IMG/VR virus record: IMGVR_UViG_2903405734_000002
Location: 1 to 64,000 of that record
Origin: a virus
Lineage: Duplodnaviria; Heunggongvirae; Uroviricota; Caudoviricetes
Direction: 5' to 3' (one strand)
DNA length: 64,000 nucleotides
Both the position numbers and the translations under genes were made by a program. Shown here piece after piece: positions 1-8,377 of this stretch (its first letter is position 1; the number at the start of each line of letters is the position of its first letter). Below the pieces are notes generated by a model. It was not told where the DNA came from. It ran no database searches and was given only the letters and a program-made list of their open reading frames with translations.

Positions 1-71
1 GAATTCGTCTAGTGGTAGGACGGCTGCTTTGCAAGCAGCTCACAGGAGTTCAAATCTCCTATTCTCCACCA
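1..71 (+). tRNA. tRNA-Cys(GCA), 5'-truncated by window edge
   Basis: Anticodon arm gctgc/tttGCAaa/gcagc, T-arm aggag-ttcaaat-ctcct, acceptor 3' strand followed by A and encoded CCA at 69-71. The window starts inside the D-arm. Confidence 0.8.
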
Positions 72-94
72 TCTTTTGCATATAAATGCAATCT

Positions 95-170
95 CGGGGT
101 ATAGCTCAGTTGGCAGAGCTTCGGACTCTTAATCCGCGTGTCGCTGGTTCGAGCCCAGCTGCCCCGACCA
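95..170 (+). tRNA. tRNA-Lys(CTT)
   Basis: Cloverleaf: acceptor CGGGGTA/TGCCCCG, D-stem GCTC/GAGC, anticodon loop ctCTTaa, T-arm GCTGG-TTCGAGC-CCAGC, discriminator A plus CCA. Confidence 0.8.
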
Positions 171-176
171 ATTTTT

Positions 177-251
177 GCTCTGTTCGACTAGCGGCTAGGT
201 CGTTGCGCTTTCAACGCAGAAAGACGGGTTCGATTCCCGTACAGAGCACCA
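177..251 (+). tRNA. tRNA-Glu(TTC)
   Basis: Acceptor GCTCTGT/ACAGAGC, anticodon stem TTGCG/CGCAG with loop cttTTCaa, T-arm ACGGG-TTCGATT-CCCGT, discriminator A, CCA encoded. Confidence 0.8.
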
Positions 252-1600
252 ATCACTGGAGAAGTAGAGCTTGACATCCTCCCAGCCTTAAAGGACTGGA
301 ATTCCTACTGCAATTATGCGCAAGCGCGTAATTCACTTCGGTGGGTTCCTGCTGCTGGCGGCCTTATTGCACCACTCACTTCACAGGCTAACTGGGCGTG
401 TCCCGCCCTTAAAACATTGATTGCGCCAATTACATCAGCGTGTTCACTGAAACCGCATTTGACGCAAAGAAATACGGATTGGGTCTGGCGGTTATCTCCT
501 GAAACATGCCCACAGCACGGACAAGTGCGACTGGTGTTTTTGGGGTTTATCGCTATCATATGGCCGCCTTGCCAAGCTGTTTTGTAGTCAAGCTGACGCC
601 TGAACTCGAACCAACCCTGATCGAGTATCGACTTATTCAAACCCGACTTTGCTCGCACGTTGCGACCTGGCGCTTCCGCTGTTCCTGCTGCCGACTTGGA
701 CATATTTCTTATCTGCAAATCTTCCACCACCACGAGCGCGTGGTTTTTGCTGATCGTGGTGGTTTCTTTATGCAGAAAGTCTTTTCGACAGAAGGCAATG
801 CGGCTGTGGATCCGCTGGACTTTGGCCTTGGCTTTCTTCCAGTTGGCGCTGAATTTGGTCTTGCGACTCATCGCCCGCTGCGCCTTTCGCAGGGCCTTTT
901 CGTGGCGCTTGAAGCTATTGAGAGGGGCTTTGAAATCACCATTGCTGAGAGTGTAGAAACGGGCAATGCCCATATCGATACCGATATCTCCGCCCTGGTG
1001 CAGGGGCACTTCAACCTCTCGCTCAGTCTGGATAGAAACAAACCACTTTCCTGATGCCTGGCTAACCGTGACGTTTTTGATATCACCTAGCACGGCACGA
1101 CTATTGCGATAGCGCATCCAGCCTAGCTTTGGCAGGAAAATCCGGTTATTGGCCTGATCTAACTTGCAGCCCTGCGGATAACGAAATCCGCAACAAAGAC
1201 CCTTCTTCTTGAAGCGCGGAAAGTCAGCTCTTTTGCTGAGGAAATTACTGTAGGCCCGTTCTAAGTCCTTAAGCGCTTGCTGCAAAGACTGGGAAGGGGC
1301 ATCAGCCAACCATCCTGTCTCGTTCGCTCCTTTCCATGCTGTGAGCTGGCGACACAGGCCAGCATAGCTAAGTCTCTTCTCGCCCTGCTCCAATAGCTCT
1401 TTTTGCAAAGCCAACGCCTTGTTATAGACGAAACGACAAGAGCCAGCGAAGCGGCGCATTTGTCGCTGTTGCTGGCTGTCTGGCCGAAGTTCGTATTTGA
1501 AGGCTTGAAGTCGTTGCATGGTCACAGTGTATTTTATTTCATAATAAATTCAACCATATAAGTGCCGAGTGTGGCTTCTATCCAGAAAAACAAAGGCCAT
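252..1600 (-). mobile_element. IS200/IS605-family tnpB-only (IS1341-like) element, approximate ends
   Basis: A lone tnpB sits between the tRNA-Glu 3' end (251) and a downstream terminator (about 1592). Exact LE/RE not determined; the right end and putative omega-RNA scaffold would lie in about 252-420. Confidence 0.5.
314..1525 (-). CDS. tnpB: TnpB (IS200/IS605-family OrfB, RNA-guided endonuclease-type transposase)
   Basis: 403 aa with RuvC-like motifs GIDMGI, VVVEDL and HADVIGAINV. C-terminal zinc finger CPCCG...CVKCG. GC-rich relative to the surroundings. Confidence 0.9.
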   Translation of the reverse strand: MTMQRLQAFKYELRPDSQQQRQMRRFAGSCRFVYNKALALQKELLEQGEKRLSYAGLCRQLTAWKGANETGWLADAPSQSLQQALKDLERAYSNFLSKRADFPRFKKKGLCCGFRYPQGCKLDQANNRIFLPKLGWMRYRNSRAVLGDIKNVTVSQASGKWFVSIQTEREVEVPLHQGGDIGIDMGIARFYTLSNGDFKAPLNSFKRHEKALRKAQRAMSRKTKFSANWKKAKAKVQRIHSRIAFCRKDFLHKETTTISKNHALVVVEDLQIRNMSKSAAGTAEAPGRNVRAKSGLNKSILDQGWFEFRRQLDYKTAWQGGHMIAINPKNTSRTCPCCGHVSGDNRQTQSVFLCVKCGFSEHADVIGAINVLRAGHAQLACEVSGAIRPPAAGTHRSELRACA

Positions 1601-1620
1601 CCTTAATCGGATGGCCTTTT
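1592..1620. terminator. Bidirectional rho-independent terminator
   Basis: Hairpin aaggccatcc-ttaat-cggatggcctt with T/A runs on both strands, at the stop of the 1622..2146 gene. Confidence 0.7.
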
Positions 1621-1621
1621 A

Positions 1622-2146
1622 TTATTTCGGAAAATAAAGTCGTTCAACTGTGAACTTGTAGTTTGGATCTTCCATGTTGCCTGCTGTATCCTTGAGGGAC
1701 ACATAGAACTCATAGGAACCGCTGAAATCGGTAGTGAGCAGCTTCTGATTGGTTGCAAACGCAGCGAAAACAACTGCCGGATCAAACAGATTTTCTATGT
1801 CGCCAATATCAACAACGCCAGAGGAGTAATACTTTCCTGTGTCCTTGTAGATGGTGGCGAGAACCTTGATTCCAGCAGTCATGATGGATTCAACGGAGGC
1901 GAAAGGCTGCTCATCACAATAGTGGAATTGACCCACGTATTCGAGCACATCCTCATGCCTGGTGAAGCCAAGTTCAATGCATGCTTCCTCAAACAAGCCT
2001 GGGGTGATTCTGTTGAAATGAACCTCGTCACCCATCGGGATAAGGGTTCGCTTTTCAAGCATGTGCCTTACAGCCCGTACAAAGGAGTAGGGGATGGTGC
2101 CGTCATTGACCTTACTTGTAAGATCAACCTTTCCTCGAAAGTTCAT
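1622..2146 (-). CDS. hypothetical protein (174 aa)
   Basis: Clean ORF ending at the terminator hairpin. No recognisable motifs. Confidence 0.55.
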   Translation of the reverse strand: MNFRGKVDLTSKVNDGTIPYSFVRAVRHMLEKRTLIPMGDEVHFNRITPGLFEEACIELGFTRHEDVLEYVGQFHYCDEQPFASVESIMTAGIKVLATIYKDTGKYYSSGVVDIGDIENLFDPAVVFAAFATNQKLLTTDFSGSYEFYVSLKDTAGNMEDPNYKFTVERLYFPK

Positions 2147-2222
2147 AAAATTTTCCTTGATTGTATTTATTTAATTATATCAATAATAATTGCGAAGTCA
2201 ATTGTCCGTTTGTTTTTAATAC

Positions 2223-2494
2223 AGATTTGAGAGAGCGCCTGTTACTGGCTTGAACCATGAGCCGATCAAAAATAGCTTTCGGCTCATTGTATGAGCCATT
2301 CAAAGCAGCCAATCGGCTCATCTGGTGAGCCATTGAAAATGGTCGGTCGGCTCACCTAATGAGCCAATGAGGGGTTATGGTCGGCTCACGCCATGAGTCG
2401 CGCACCGATGGTTATCGGCTTGGATCATGAGCCGATCAGTGCTCGCTATCGGCTCACTATATGAGCCAATCAATTTCTGTGATAGGATTGGCGG
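2223..2494 (+). repeat. Tandem array of 34-bp units (7 full plus about 1 partial), each carrying the inverted repeat TGAGCC...GGCTCA
   Basis: ATGAGCC (GTGAGCC in unit 3) recurs at 2257, 2291, 2325, 2359, 2393, 2427 and 2461, an exact 34-bp period. Each unit contains TCGGCTCA, which forms the palindrome TCGGCTCA-N4/5-TGAGCCGA with the next unit. The last unit is the fic start codon and first codons. Confidence 0.85.
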
Positions 2495-3666
2495 GTATAA
2501 GTTGGCGGGATTTGGAGCTATTGATGGAAAAATGGATCTGGAAAAATGAAAAATGGCCTCAATTTCACTGGTCTGGCGCTGCTATCAACCCTCTTTTGAG
2601 GGAGGTAAGAAACAAGCTGGGATTGTTGCTTGGGATGACATCTGCGTCTGCATTTGATGGAAGCCTGGACTCTCAGGCCCTCGATACTTTGCTGGCTAAC
2701 ATTGTGGCGAGTTCCGCAATTGAAAATGAGAGACTGAATGCTGAGTCAGTTCGGTCTTCCCTTGCAAAGAGGTTCGGGATTTCATCTGAGCGCACATACC
2801 CAGTAAGCGAGAGCTCGGAAGGCTTGGCAGAAATGCTGTTCGATGCCTTGAGTCGAGACGGCATAGAGAGACCACTAACCAAAGAGCGGCTGTTCCGCTG
2901 GCATGAATGTCTATTTCCAGGATGTGATGATCTCATTATCGGCAGCAGGGTCTCTCCTGGTAAGCTCAGAGGGCCAGAGGTAATGCAGGTGGTGTCTGGC
3001 AGGATAGATCGGCCTGTAGTGCATTTTGAGGCTCCTCCTCGCGATGGTCTTGAGGAGCAGCTAGATGAGTTTCTTGCCTGGTTTGAAGAAAGCCGGAGCG
3101 AGCAAGAGCAAGACCCGTTGCTAAGGGCCGGAATAGCGCACCTGTGGTTCGTTACATTGCATCCCTTTGATGATGGGAATGGAAGATTGACCAGGATGCT
3201 CACTGATTTGGCGCTAGCCCAGGCAGATCATCATGTTGTCCGCCTGTACGCCATGTCTGTTTCCATCCTTGATAAGCGAGCGGAGTATTACTCAGCACTC
3301 AAGAAAGCTCAGAGAGGTACTACAGACATAACATCATGGCTAGAGTGGTTTTATGCTACGCTGATCCACACTCTCGATGATGCACAGAAAAAAGTTTCAA
3401 CTACTGTTGCAAAGGCCGAATTCTGGCTTAAGAACCGAAGCCTCTCACTCAAGCCTGAACAGTTGAAGGTCTTGAATCGAATGTTAGATGGCGGAGAGAA
3501 GGGGTTTGAAGGCGGAATTAGCGCATCCCAGTACCAATCTGTCGCCAAGGTAAGTAAGGCAACCGCAACAAGGCACCTTGCCGAGCTTTTGGAAAATGGA
3601 TGTTTAGTGAAAGGTGCTGGCGGCGGCGGCAGCTCCAGGTACTTCATAAACACAAGCAAAAAGTAA
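2461..3666 (+). CDS. Fic/DOC family protein (adenylyltransferase-type) with C-terminal wHTH
   Basis: Canonical Fic motif HPFDDGNGRLTR. 401 aa. Confidence 0.9.
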   Translation: MSQSISVIGLAGISWRDLELLMEKWIWKNEKWPQFHWSGAAINPLLREVRNKLGLLLGMTSASAFDGSLDSQALDTLLANIVASSAIENERLNAESVRSSLAKRFGISSERTYPVSESSEGLAEMLFDALSRDGIERPLTKERLFRWHECLFPGCDDLIIGSRVSPGKLRGPEVMQVVSGRIDRPVVHFEAPPRDGLEEQLDEFLAWFEESRSEQEQDPLLRAGIAHLWFVTLHPFDDGNGRLTRMLTDLALAQADHHVVRLYAMSVSILDKRAEYYSALKKAQRGTTDITSWLEWFYATLIHTLDDAQKKVSTTVAKAEFWLKNRSLSLKPEQLKVLNRMLDGGEKGFEGGISASQYQSVAKVSKATATRHLAELLENGCLVKGAGGGGSSRYFINTSKK

Positions 3667-3730
3667 TTTGTCTGGGGTGTTCTGGTGTCATCAGTCACCC
3701 CAGATTGTATTTCATATGGGATTATTGCCC

Positions 3731-4363
3731 TTATATTTCTTTTTTCAGCTTACAGCATCTTTGCTGAACAGAATATAGCGTTCTCTCTGGGAAATAAGCA
3801 TGAACCTCAGTCCAGTTCTTTCCTTGCTTAATCAATTCCTTGATTTTGATATCCTGCTCCTCATCCCACGGATTTTCCTTGGTGTATTTCTTTCTTGCAC
3901 AGATCTTTGAAACCTTTGCTTTTGTAAGTCCAGTGGCCTCTGCCATCTCTGCATGAGTCATGGTTTTATAGTTGTTCTTAATAAAATCCATTTTTTTCTC
4001 ATGTTCTGGATCTTGTGCAAGGGTTTGATATTTTTTTAGTCCCAGCTTTCTACATCTGTTTCTAACATCAAGATCTGTTCTTCCAAGGGCTACTCCCATT
4101 TTTCCATGAGTTAGCTCATTGATGTTGTCTGTGATAAATTTATCTTCTTTATCCGTCCAGGCATTCTTACTTCCCTTTACGGCATAAACAACATCCTTTA
4201 TTAAACCCATCTGCCTGCACATCAAAACGACTTCTCGATTCGTTCTTTTTAGTGCATCGGCCATTTCAGCTGTCGTCATTTTCTTTACATTTTCAACAAG
4301 GAATTGTCTTTCCTCGTTTGTAAAGTCAGTAACCTCTGTTAATCGAACACCTAATTTAGCCAC
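3731..4363 (-). CDS. DNA-binding protein with four Myb/SANT-like HTH repeats
   Basis: Four roughly 50-aa repeats, e.g. WTDKEDKFITDNINELTHGKMGVALGRTDLDVRNRCRKLGL and WDEEQDIKIKELIKQGKNWTEVHAYFPERTLYSVQQRCCKL, matching the Myb pattern W-x-EED...GRT...QCR...L. Confidence 0.6.
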   Translation of the reverse strand: MAKLGVRLTEVTDFTNEERQFLVENVKKMTTAEMADALKRTNREVVLMCRQMGLIKDVVYAVKGSKNAWTDKEDKFITDNINELTHGKMGVALGRTDLDVRNRCRKLGLKKYQTLAQDPEHEKKMDFIKNNYKTMTHAEMAEATGLTKAKVSKICARKKYTKENPWDEEQDIKIKELIKQGKNWTEVHAYFPERTLYSVQQRCCKLKKEI

Positions 4364-4507
4364 TTAAAACCACTCCCTCCAAATATTTATTGCGGATAAT
4401 ATATCATAAAGTATATTGATTGCCAATAGAGTGATGTTACCGAAGATGACATGCACGTAAAATAAAATGGCGAGCAATAAGTGCTCGCCATTAGCCTTGT
4501 TGACTCA

Positions 4508-5632
4508 TTATTTTTTGGGTTTTGAGACGATAATGAGCTCTTCGCTTGAATCAGTTTTGCTTAGGGCGTACTTGTATCCTCCGGCAGAGTAGACGGTTGC
4601 CTCTCTATTGAACGAAGACATCACCTTGGCCGCCTCCAGGGGGACTGGAAGACCATCGCTCCTATAGCTAAACACGATTGTTGCATTAGGCCACCTGTTG
4701 CAGATCGCGGTGAGCTCGGCAAGTGCGGTATCGGGCTTGAGCCAGGCACTGGGCTTGCGAGAGACAGGGCGATGTGGATACCTTTCATCGCCAGATGAGA
4801 ATAATGAATAATCACAAAGGCCATCAAGGAAGTGATAGAAGTCGCTGTAATCAACAGAAACTCCCTTGCCATTGATGTAAGGCGGGTCTAGATAAATCAG
4901 ATCATAATCATCGGCAAAATCACTGAGCGATGCAGAATTAAAGCCAGTAACTCTTGACTCGCTACATTCAGAAATTTCCCCCTTAAAGTTCTTTAGCTCA
5001 TTAATGCACTTAATTGCATGCTTTAGGATTGGGGTTTCCCAAGTCATTTTGTTACCAAAACTTCTCTTTACTTCCTTGGTGCGCATATCCAGATTAGAGC
5101 GGTGGAACAAGTTGTATGGGCGTTTTTTGGTTAGTGCTTGGCCCACGGCATAAATATAAAGACTACGCTCAAAATCATCGTATTTATCGATATTCTGACA
5201 GAATCGGTCAATCTCTGTGTTTTCTGACTCGATAAAAAAGATGCCTTTGTAATTTTTGGATACCAGGCCATCAGAAACAGGGAGCCTGTAAAGAAGATCT
5301 TCAAGGTCTTTTTTGAAGTCAATCTTCTCAATTTTTTCCTTTGTGAAAGTCTGAAAAACCTTAGCAGTATTTTGGCTGTAGAGCATAAAGTCATTTGATG
5401 AGACTTCTTTGCCAATTGTCCTGAACAGCAGAGAGACCACGCCAGAGCCAGAGAACATATCGAGTGGCCTGGTGTATTCAAGCTTGCCTAATGCCGATGC
5501 CAATTCGGAAAGGATCTTGCGCTTTGACCCCTGGAATCGTGTAGCTGGAAACGGCGGGAGAGGGTACTTTTCTGGGTTAAGGAAATAGATTTTTTTCCCG
5601 ATCTCATGAAATTCGGTTTTGTTATTATCCAA
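4508..5632 (-). CDS. N6-adenine DNA methyltransferase, Dam-like (D12 class)
   Basis: Motif I FSGSGVVSLL preceded by RFQGSKRKI (compare Dam KWAGGKYPL). Catalytic DPPY (LIYLDPPYINGKG). Confidence 0.85.
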   Translation of the reverse strand: MDNNKTEFHEIGKKIYFLNPEKYPLPPFPATRFQGSKRKILSELASALGKLEYTRPLDMFSGSGVVSLLFRTIGKEVSSNDFMLYSQNTAKVFQTFTKEKIEKIDFKKDLEDLLYRLPVSDGLVSKNYKGIFFIESENTEIDRFCQNIDKYDDFERSLYIYAVGQALTKKRPYNLFHRSNLDMRTKEVKRSFGNKMTWETPILKHAIKCINELKNFKGEISECSESRVTGFNSASLSDFADDYDLIYLDPPYINGKGVSVDYSDFYHFLDGLCDYSLFSSGDERYPHRPVSRKPSAWLKPDTALAELTAICNRWPNATIVFSYRSDGLPVPLEAAKVMSSFNREATVYSAGGYKYALSKTDSSEELIIVSKPKK

Positions 5633-5742
5633 TTTTTGCCTCTTATTATATTTATTGTATTTTATTGTTATTTTTACTTTTTGGTGTTCTTAGATATCAA
5701 TATTGAGCCCAGGATGGGCTCAACTTAAATTTAAATCAACAC

Positions 5743-6219
5743 TTATGCCGCCATTTTTTTCTTGGATGCAATCATGGACTCCAAAACATATTTTGGTTCA
5801 TCATTATGATGTTCATCCAAGATATCATCAAAAAGATCCATAAATAAATCAATGGCTCTCATATCAACATTTGCGTAAATCATTTCTTTGACAAGCTCCG
5901 ATGTCAGATAAACATCTACATCACTCATCAGTCCTTTATTGTGCCTGTAATCGCACAAAAACATCCCTGCATGGGCAGCAATAACACGAAAACATGGGCG
6001 TTCAAGACCTGATTTCTCATGCGCCTTGATTACAGCAGGCATGCTCGCTCTTACAGCCATTTCAATTGCATTTTTGAGTTGTTTTTTTGACATCCCAAAT
6101 GGAGCCTCATTAAATGAAGCACCTGTAATCTCTGCAATCCGCACGAGTTGCTTTGTTGAAGCCCAAACATCCATGGCATTTTTGATATTCAAAAAAACAG
6201 ACATAAGTCCTCCGGTCAC
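5743..6219 (-). CDS. hypothetical protein (158 aa), translationally coupled to upstream GNAT gene
   Basis: Start overlaps the GNAT stop at 6219. No motif recognised. Confidence 0.5.
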   Translation of the reverse strand: MTGGLMSVFLNIKNAMDVWASTKQLVRIAEITGASFNEAPFGMSKKQLKNAIEMAVRASMPAVIKAHEKSGLERPCFRVIAAHAGMFLCDYRHNKGLMSDVDVYLTSELVKEMIYANVDMRAIDLFMDLFDDILDEHHNDEPKYVLESMIASKKKMAA

Positions 6220-6728
6220 TATCGTGAAAGATCAGTGCTGGCAGGCTCAGGCTCGCCAAACATAAGGGACTTCAAGACCTTGGCCTGACCCTTGTTTGCC
6301 ATGAAAATGTCTCCATTGGAGGCAAAAACAGGCTCAAAGCCAGCCTTCCGGTAAAATGCGATTAGGTTGAAGTCTTTTCTCTGAGCATGACATGTGGATG
6401 CGAAAAGAAAATCGACCTCTGTAAAACCACATTCCTTTTGCAGAAATGCATCAAGCAGCGCTTTTCCAAATCCCTTGCCTCTGCTGTCTTGGTTTACAAG
6501 CACGTTCTGTATGAAGCCAACAGAGTTGTATCGTTCCTCAATGGCAGACAGGAATAGATCTACCATGTTTTGGTTTGCATTCACTCCAAAAGACATGGCC
6601 TCATAAATCTCATCAATATTGGAGATGTCGCTGATGGTCAAACCCCTGATTCGACCATGATCATTCTTTGTCTCAATCACACAAAATCCTCGCGATGATA
6701 ATTTTTGAATTATATAAGTGAACAGCAA
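6219..6728 (-). CDS. GNAT family N-acetyltransferase
   Basis: Acetyl-CoA binding motif QDSRGKGFGKALLDAF. 169 aa. Confidence 0.8.
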   Translation of the reverse strand: MLFTYIIQKLSSRGFCVIETKNDHGRIRGLTISDISNIDEIYEAMSFGVNANQNMVDLFLSAIEERYNSVGFIQNVLVNQDSRGKGFGKALLDAFLQKECGFTEVDFLFASTCHAQRKDFNLIAFYRKAGFEPVFASNGDIFMANKGQAKVLKSLMFGEPEPASTDLSR

Positions 6729-6802
6729 TCATGTAAATTAATTTGTTCAAAAATAAAGGCCATCATTATGATGGCCTAAATGCGCTTTCTTGGAGTCGAG
6801 GC

Positions 6803-8203
6803 TCAAAGACACACATCTCCTTTGGATAATGCTGTTGTTGAGCTTATAGAGCCAGCTGCTGTTGTATAAACGCTTGTTCCCACACCCATTCGACCGGAGT
6901 AGTTTTGGCAGAATGCGCTACTACCTGTTACCCTTGATGGCCTCTTGGATACCAGGATGCTGCCCTGACTCATGTTTTTAAACGCATTGAGCACATCTGG
7001 CTTGCTCTCGGCTTGGGTTCCGGTCAGTATGACCCTCACTGATGACTTGATTCCTGCAAGAGCGGAAATATCAGACAGGCTAGAATCACCGGAAAAATCG
7101 AGCGTTCCTGCGACTTCGAGTGTTGAAAGGCCGCTGATGTTGGTTAGTGATGGCATGTCGCTAAACAACATGTTGCTAGCACTGCCATTCATGCTGGTTT
7201 TCTTAACTCCGCTCATCCAGTTGATGTTTGTCAGTAATTTTTGTCCTTTGAGGCTGACAGTCCTGATTGGCTCATCACCAATAGCTGATGTGATAGAGAT
7301 GGAGGGGAAGTCAGCATCGCTCAGCATCTCTCCATTCAGAGCCATGTGGCTCAAATATGCGTCTGCCCTAAGATCAGCCAATGAGAGGATATCGTTGTAT
7401 CTGGAATGACCATGATTATGATAAAAATCAAGCCAAGGATTGCTTTCTGACTTGCAAATATCTTTTGCAACAACATCCTTTAATTGGTATCCAACCTGCT
7501 CTTTAGCTTTTAGCTTTTTAGACTGAATTCCCTTACAGAACGGGGTCGAGAAATCAGGTTTTTGCTCCTTGTACTGAGCAATAGGCCCGACATTTATTTC
7601 ACCAGAACCAATATTTTTAAATGGTATAAGAGTCGTCATGCTCGACTTTGATATATCAATTTTTGTTGCCTGAGAAAGATTTTTTAGTGCCAAATTATAA
7701 TCAGAAGAGGTCGGGGTTTTGCTCCCAATATAAAGAGCATTAACGCTAACAAGATCTGAGAATCCCTTGATTGATGATGCCTCTGGGCCAATGGTGACAG
7801 AACCATCAATGGCCTTAATCCCCTTCATAAAATCATAATTTTGGATTTTTGAGTTATATGTGTTCAGTCCATATATGCGATCAAGACCAATGGCAAATTT
7901 AGGCAAATTATCGTTGCTGTATTTTAAATTCGAGAGATCTACTGACAGCTTGTTTTTTGACCATGCATCCAAAGATGTGGTTGTCTTGGGAATTTTGCCC
8001 TCCGCCTTCAAAAATTCAAGCCACGCAACCTGATTATCCTCTAATCCAGGCTCCTCTTTTGGAATCTCTGGCTCAGGAGTGATCTCGGATGGAATAGTAA
8101 GGCCATCTGCCGGAATGATAATGCGGTACTCGGAAGCTGCATTGGCAAAAGAAGAAAATGCTGAGATAACAAGACATGCAGCGCATGTTTTTTTGATATT
8201 CAT
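6803..8203 (-). CDS. secreted protein with C-terminal LRR-like repeats
   Basis: N-terminal signal peptide MNIKKTCAACLVISAFSSFANAAS. Repeats of the form L..L.NISGLSTL..., SSLSDISALAGI. Related in pattern to the 47.1-50.3 kb paralogue family. Confidence 0.6.
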   Translation of the reverse strand: MNIKKTCAACLVISAFSSFANAASEYRIIIPADGLTIPSEITPEPEIPKEEPGLEDNQVAWLEFLKAEGKIPKTTTSLDAWSKNKLSVDLSNLKYSNDNLPKFAIGLDRIYGLNTYNSKIQNYDFMKGIKAIDGSVTIGPEASSIKGFSDLVSVNALYIGSKTPTSSDYNLALKNLSQATKIDISKSSMTTLIPFKNIGSGEINVGPIAQYKEQKPDFSTPFCKGIQSKKLKAKEQVGYQLKDVVAKDICKSESNPWLDFYHNHGHSRYNDILSLADLRADAYLSHMALNGEMLSDADFPSISITSAIGDEPIRTVSLKGQKLLTNINWMSGVKKTSMNGSASNMLFSDMPSLTNISGLSTLEVAGTLDFSGDSSLSDISALAGIKSSVRVILTGTQAESKPDVLNAFKNMSQGSILVSKRPSRVTGSSAFCQNYSGRMGVGTSVYTTAAGSISSTTALSKGDVCL

Positions 8204-8336
8204 TATGAAACACCTTTTTTATTATTGTTATTTGGTAAGTTCATAGTTTTAAACTATTAGTTTTTAATGATATTTACTAAAATAAAAAAGGTAAAGTTTT
8301 TTTTAATATATAAACGTTTGTTTGTATTTGTTGAAT

Positions 8337-8366
8337 AAAAAAGCCCCGTTAAAGGGGCTTTTTTGG
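8337..8366. terminator. Bidirectional rho-independent terminator
   Basis: aaaagccccg-ttaa-aggggctttttt. Confidence 0.7.
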
Positions 8367-8377
8367 TTGGTCTTTGC

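Noticed and set aside
86-274. 62-aa plus-strand ORF
   Set aside because: Lies entirely across the tRNA-Lys and tRNA-Glu genes. Translation of structured RNA genes.
506-1086. Three ORFs (182, 98, 72 aa) overlapping tnpB on either strand
   Set aside because: Antisense or alternate-frame ORFs inside a GC-rich, well-supported tnpB CDS. No RBS.
2223-2494. Possible CRISPR array
   Set aside because: The 34-bp units are contiguous with no unique spacers and are palindromic. A tandem repeat, not repeat-spacer architecture.
2673-3203. 176-aa minus-strand ORF inside the fic gene
   Set aside because: Antisense to a CDS with a canonical Fic motif. Ser/Cys-rich low-complexity translation.
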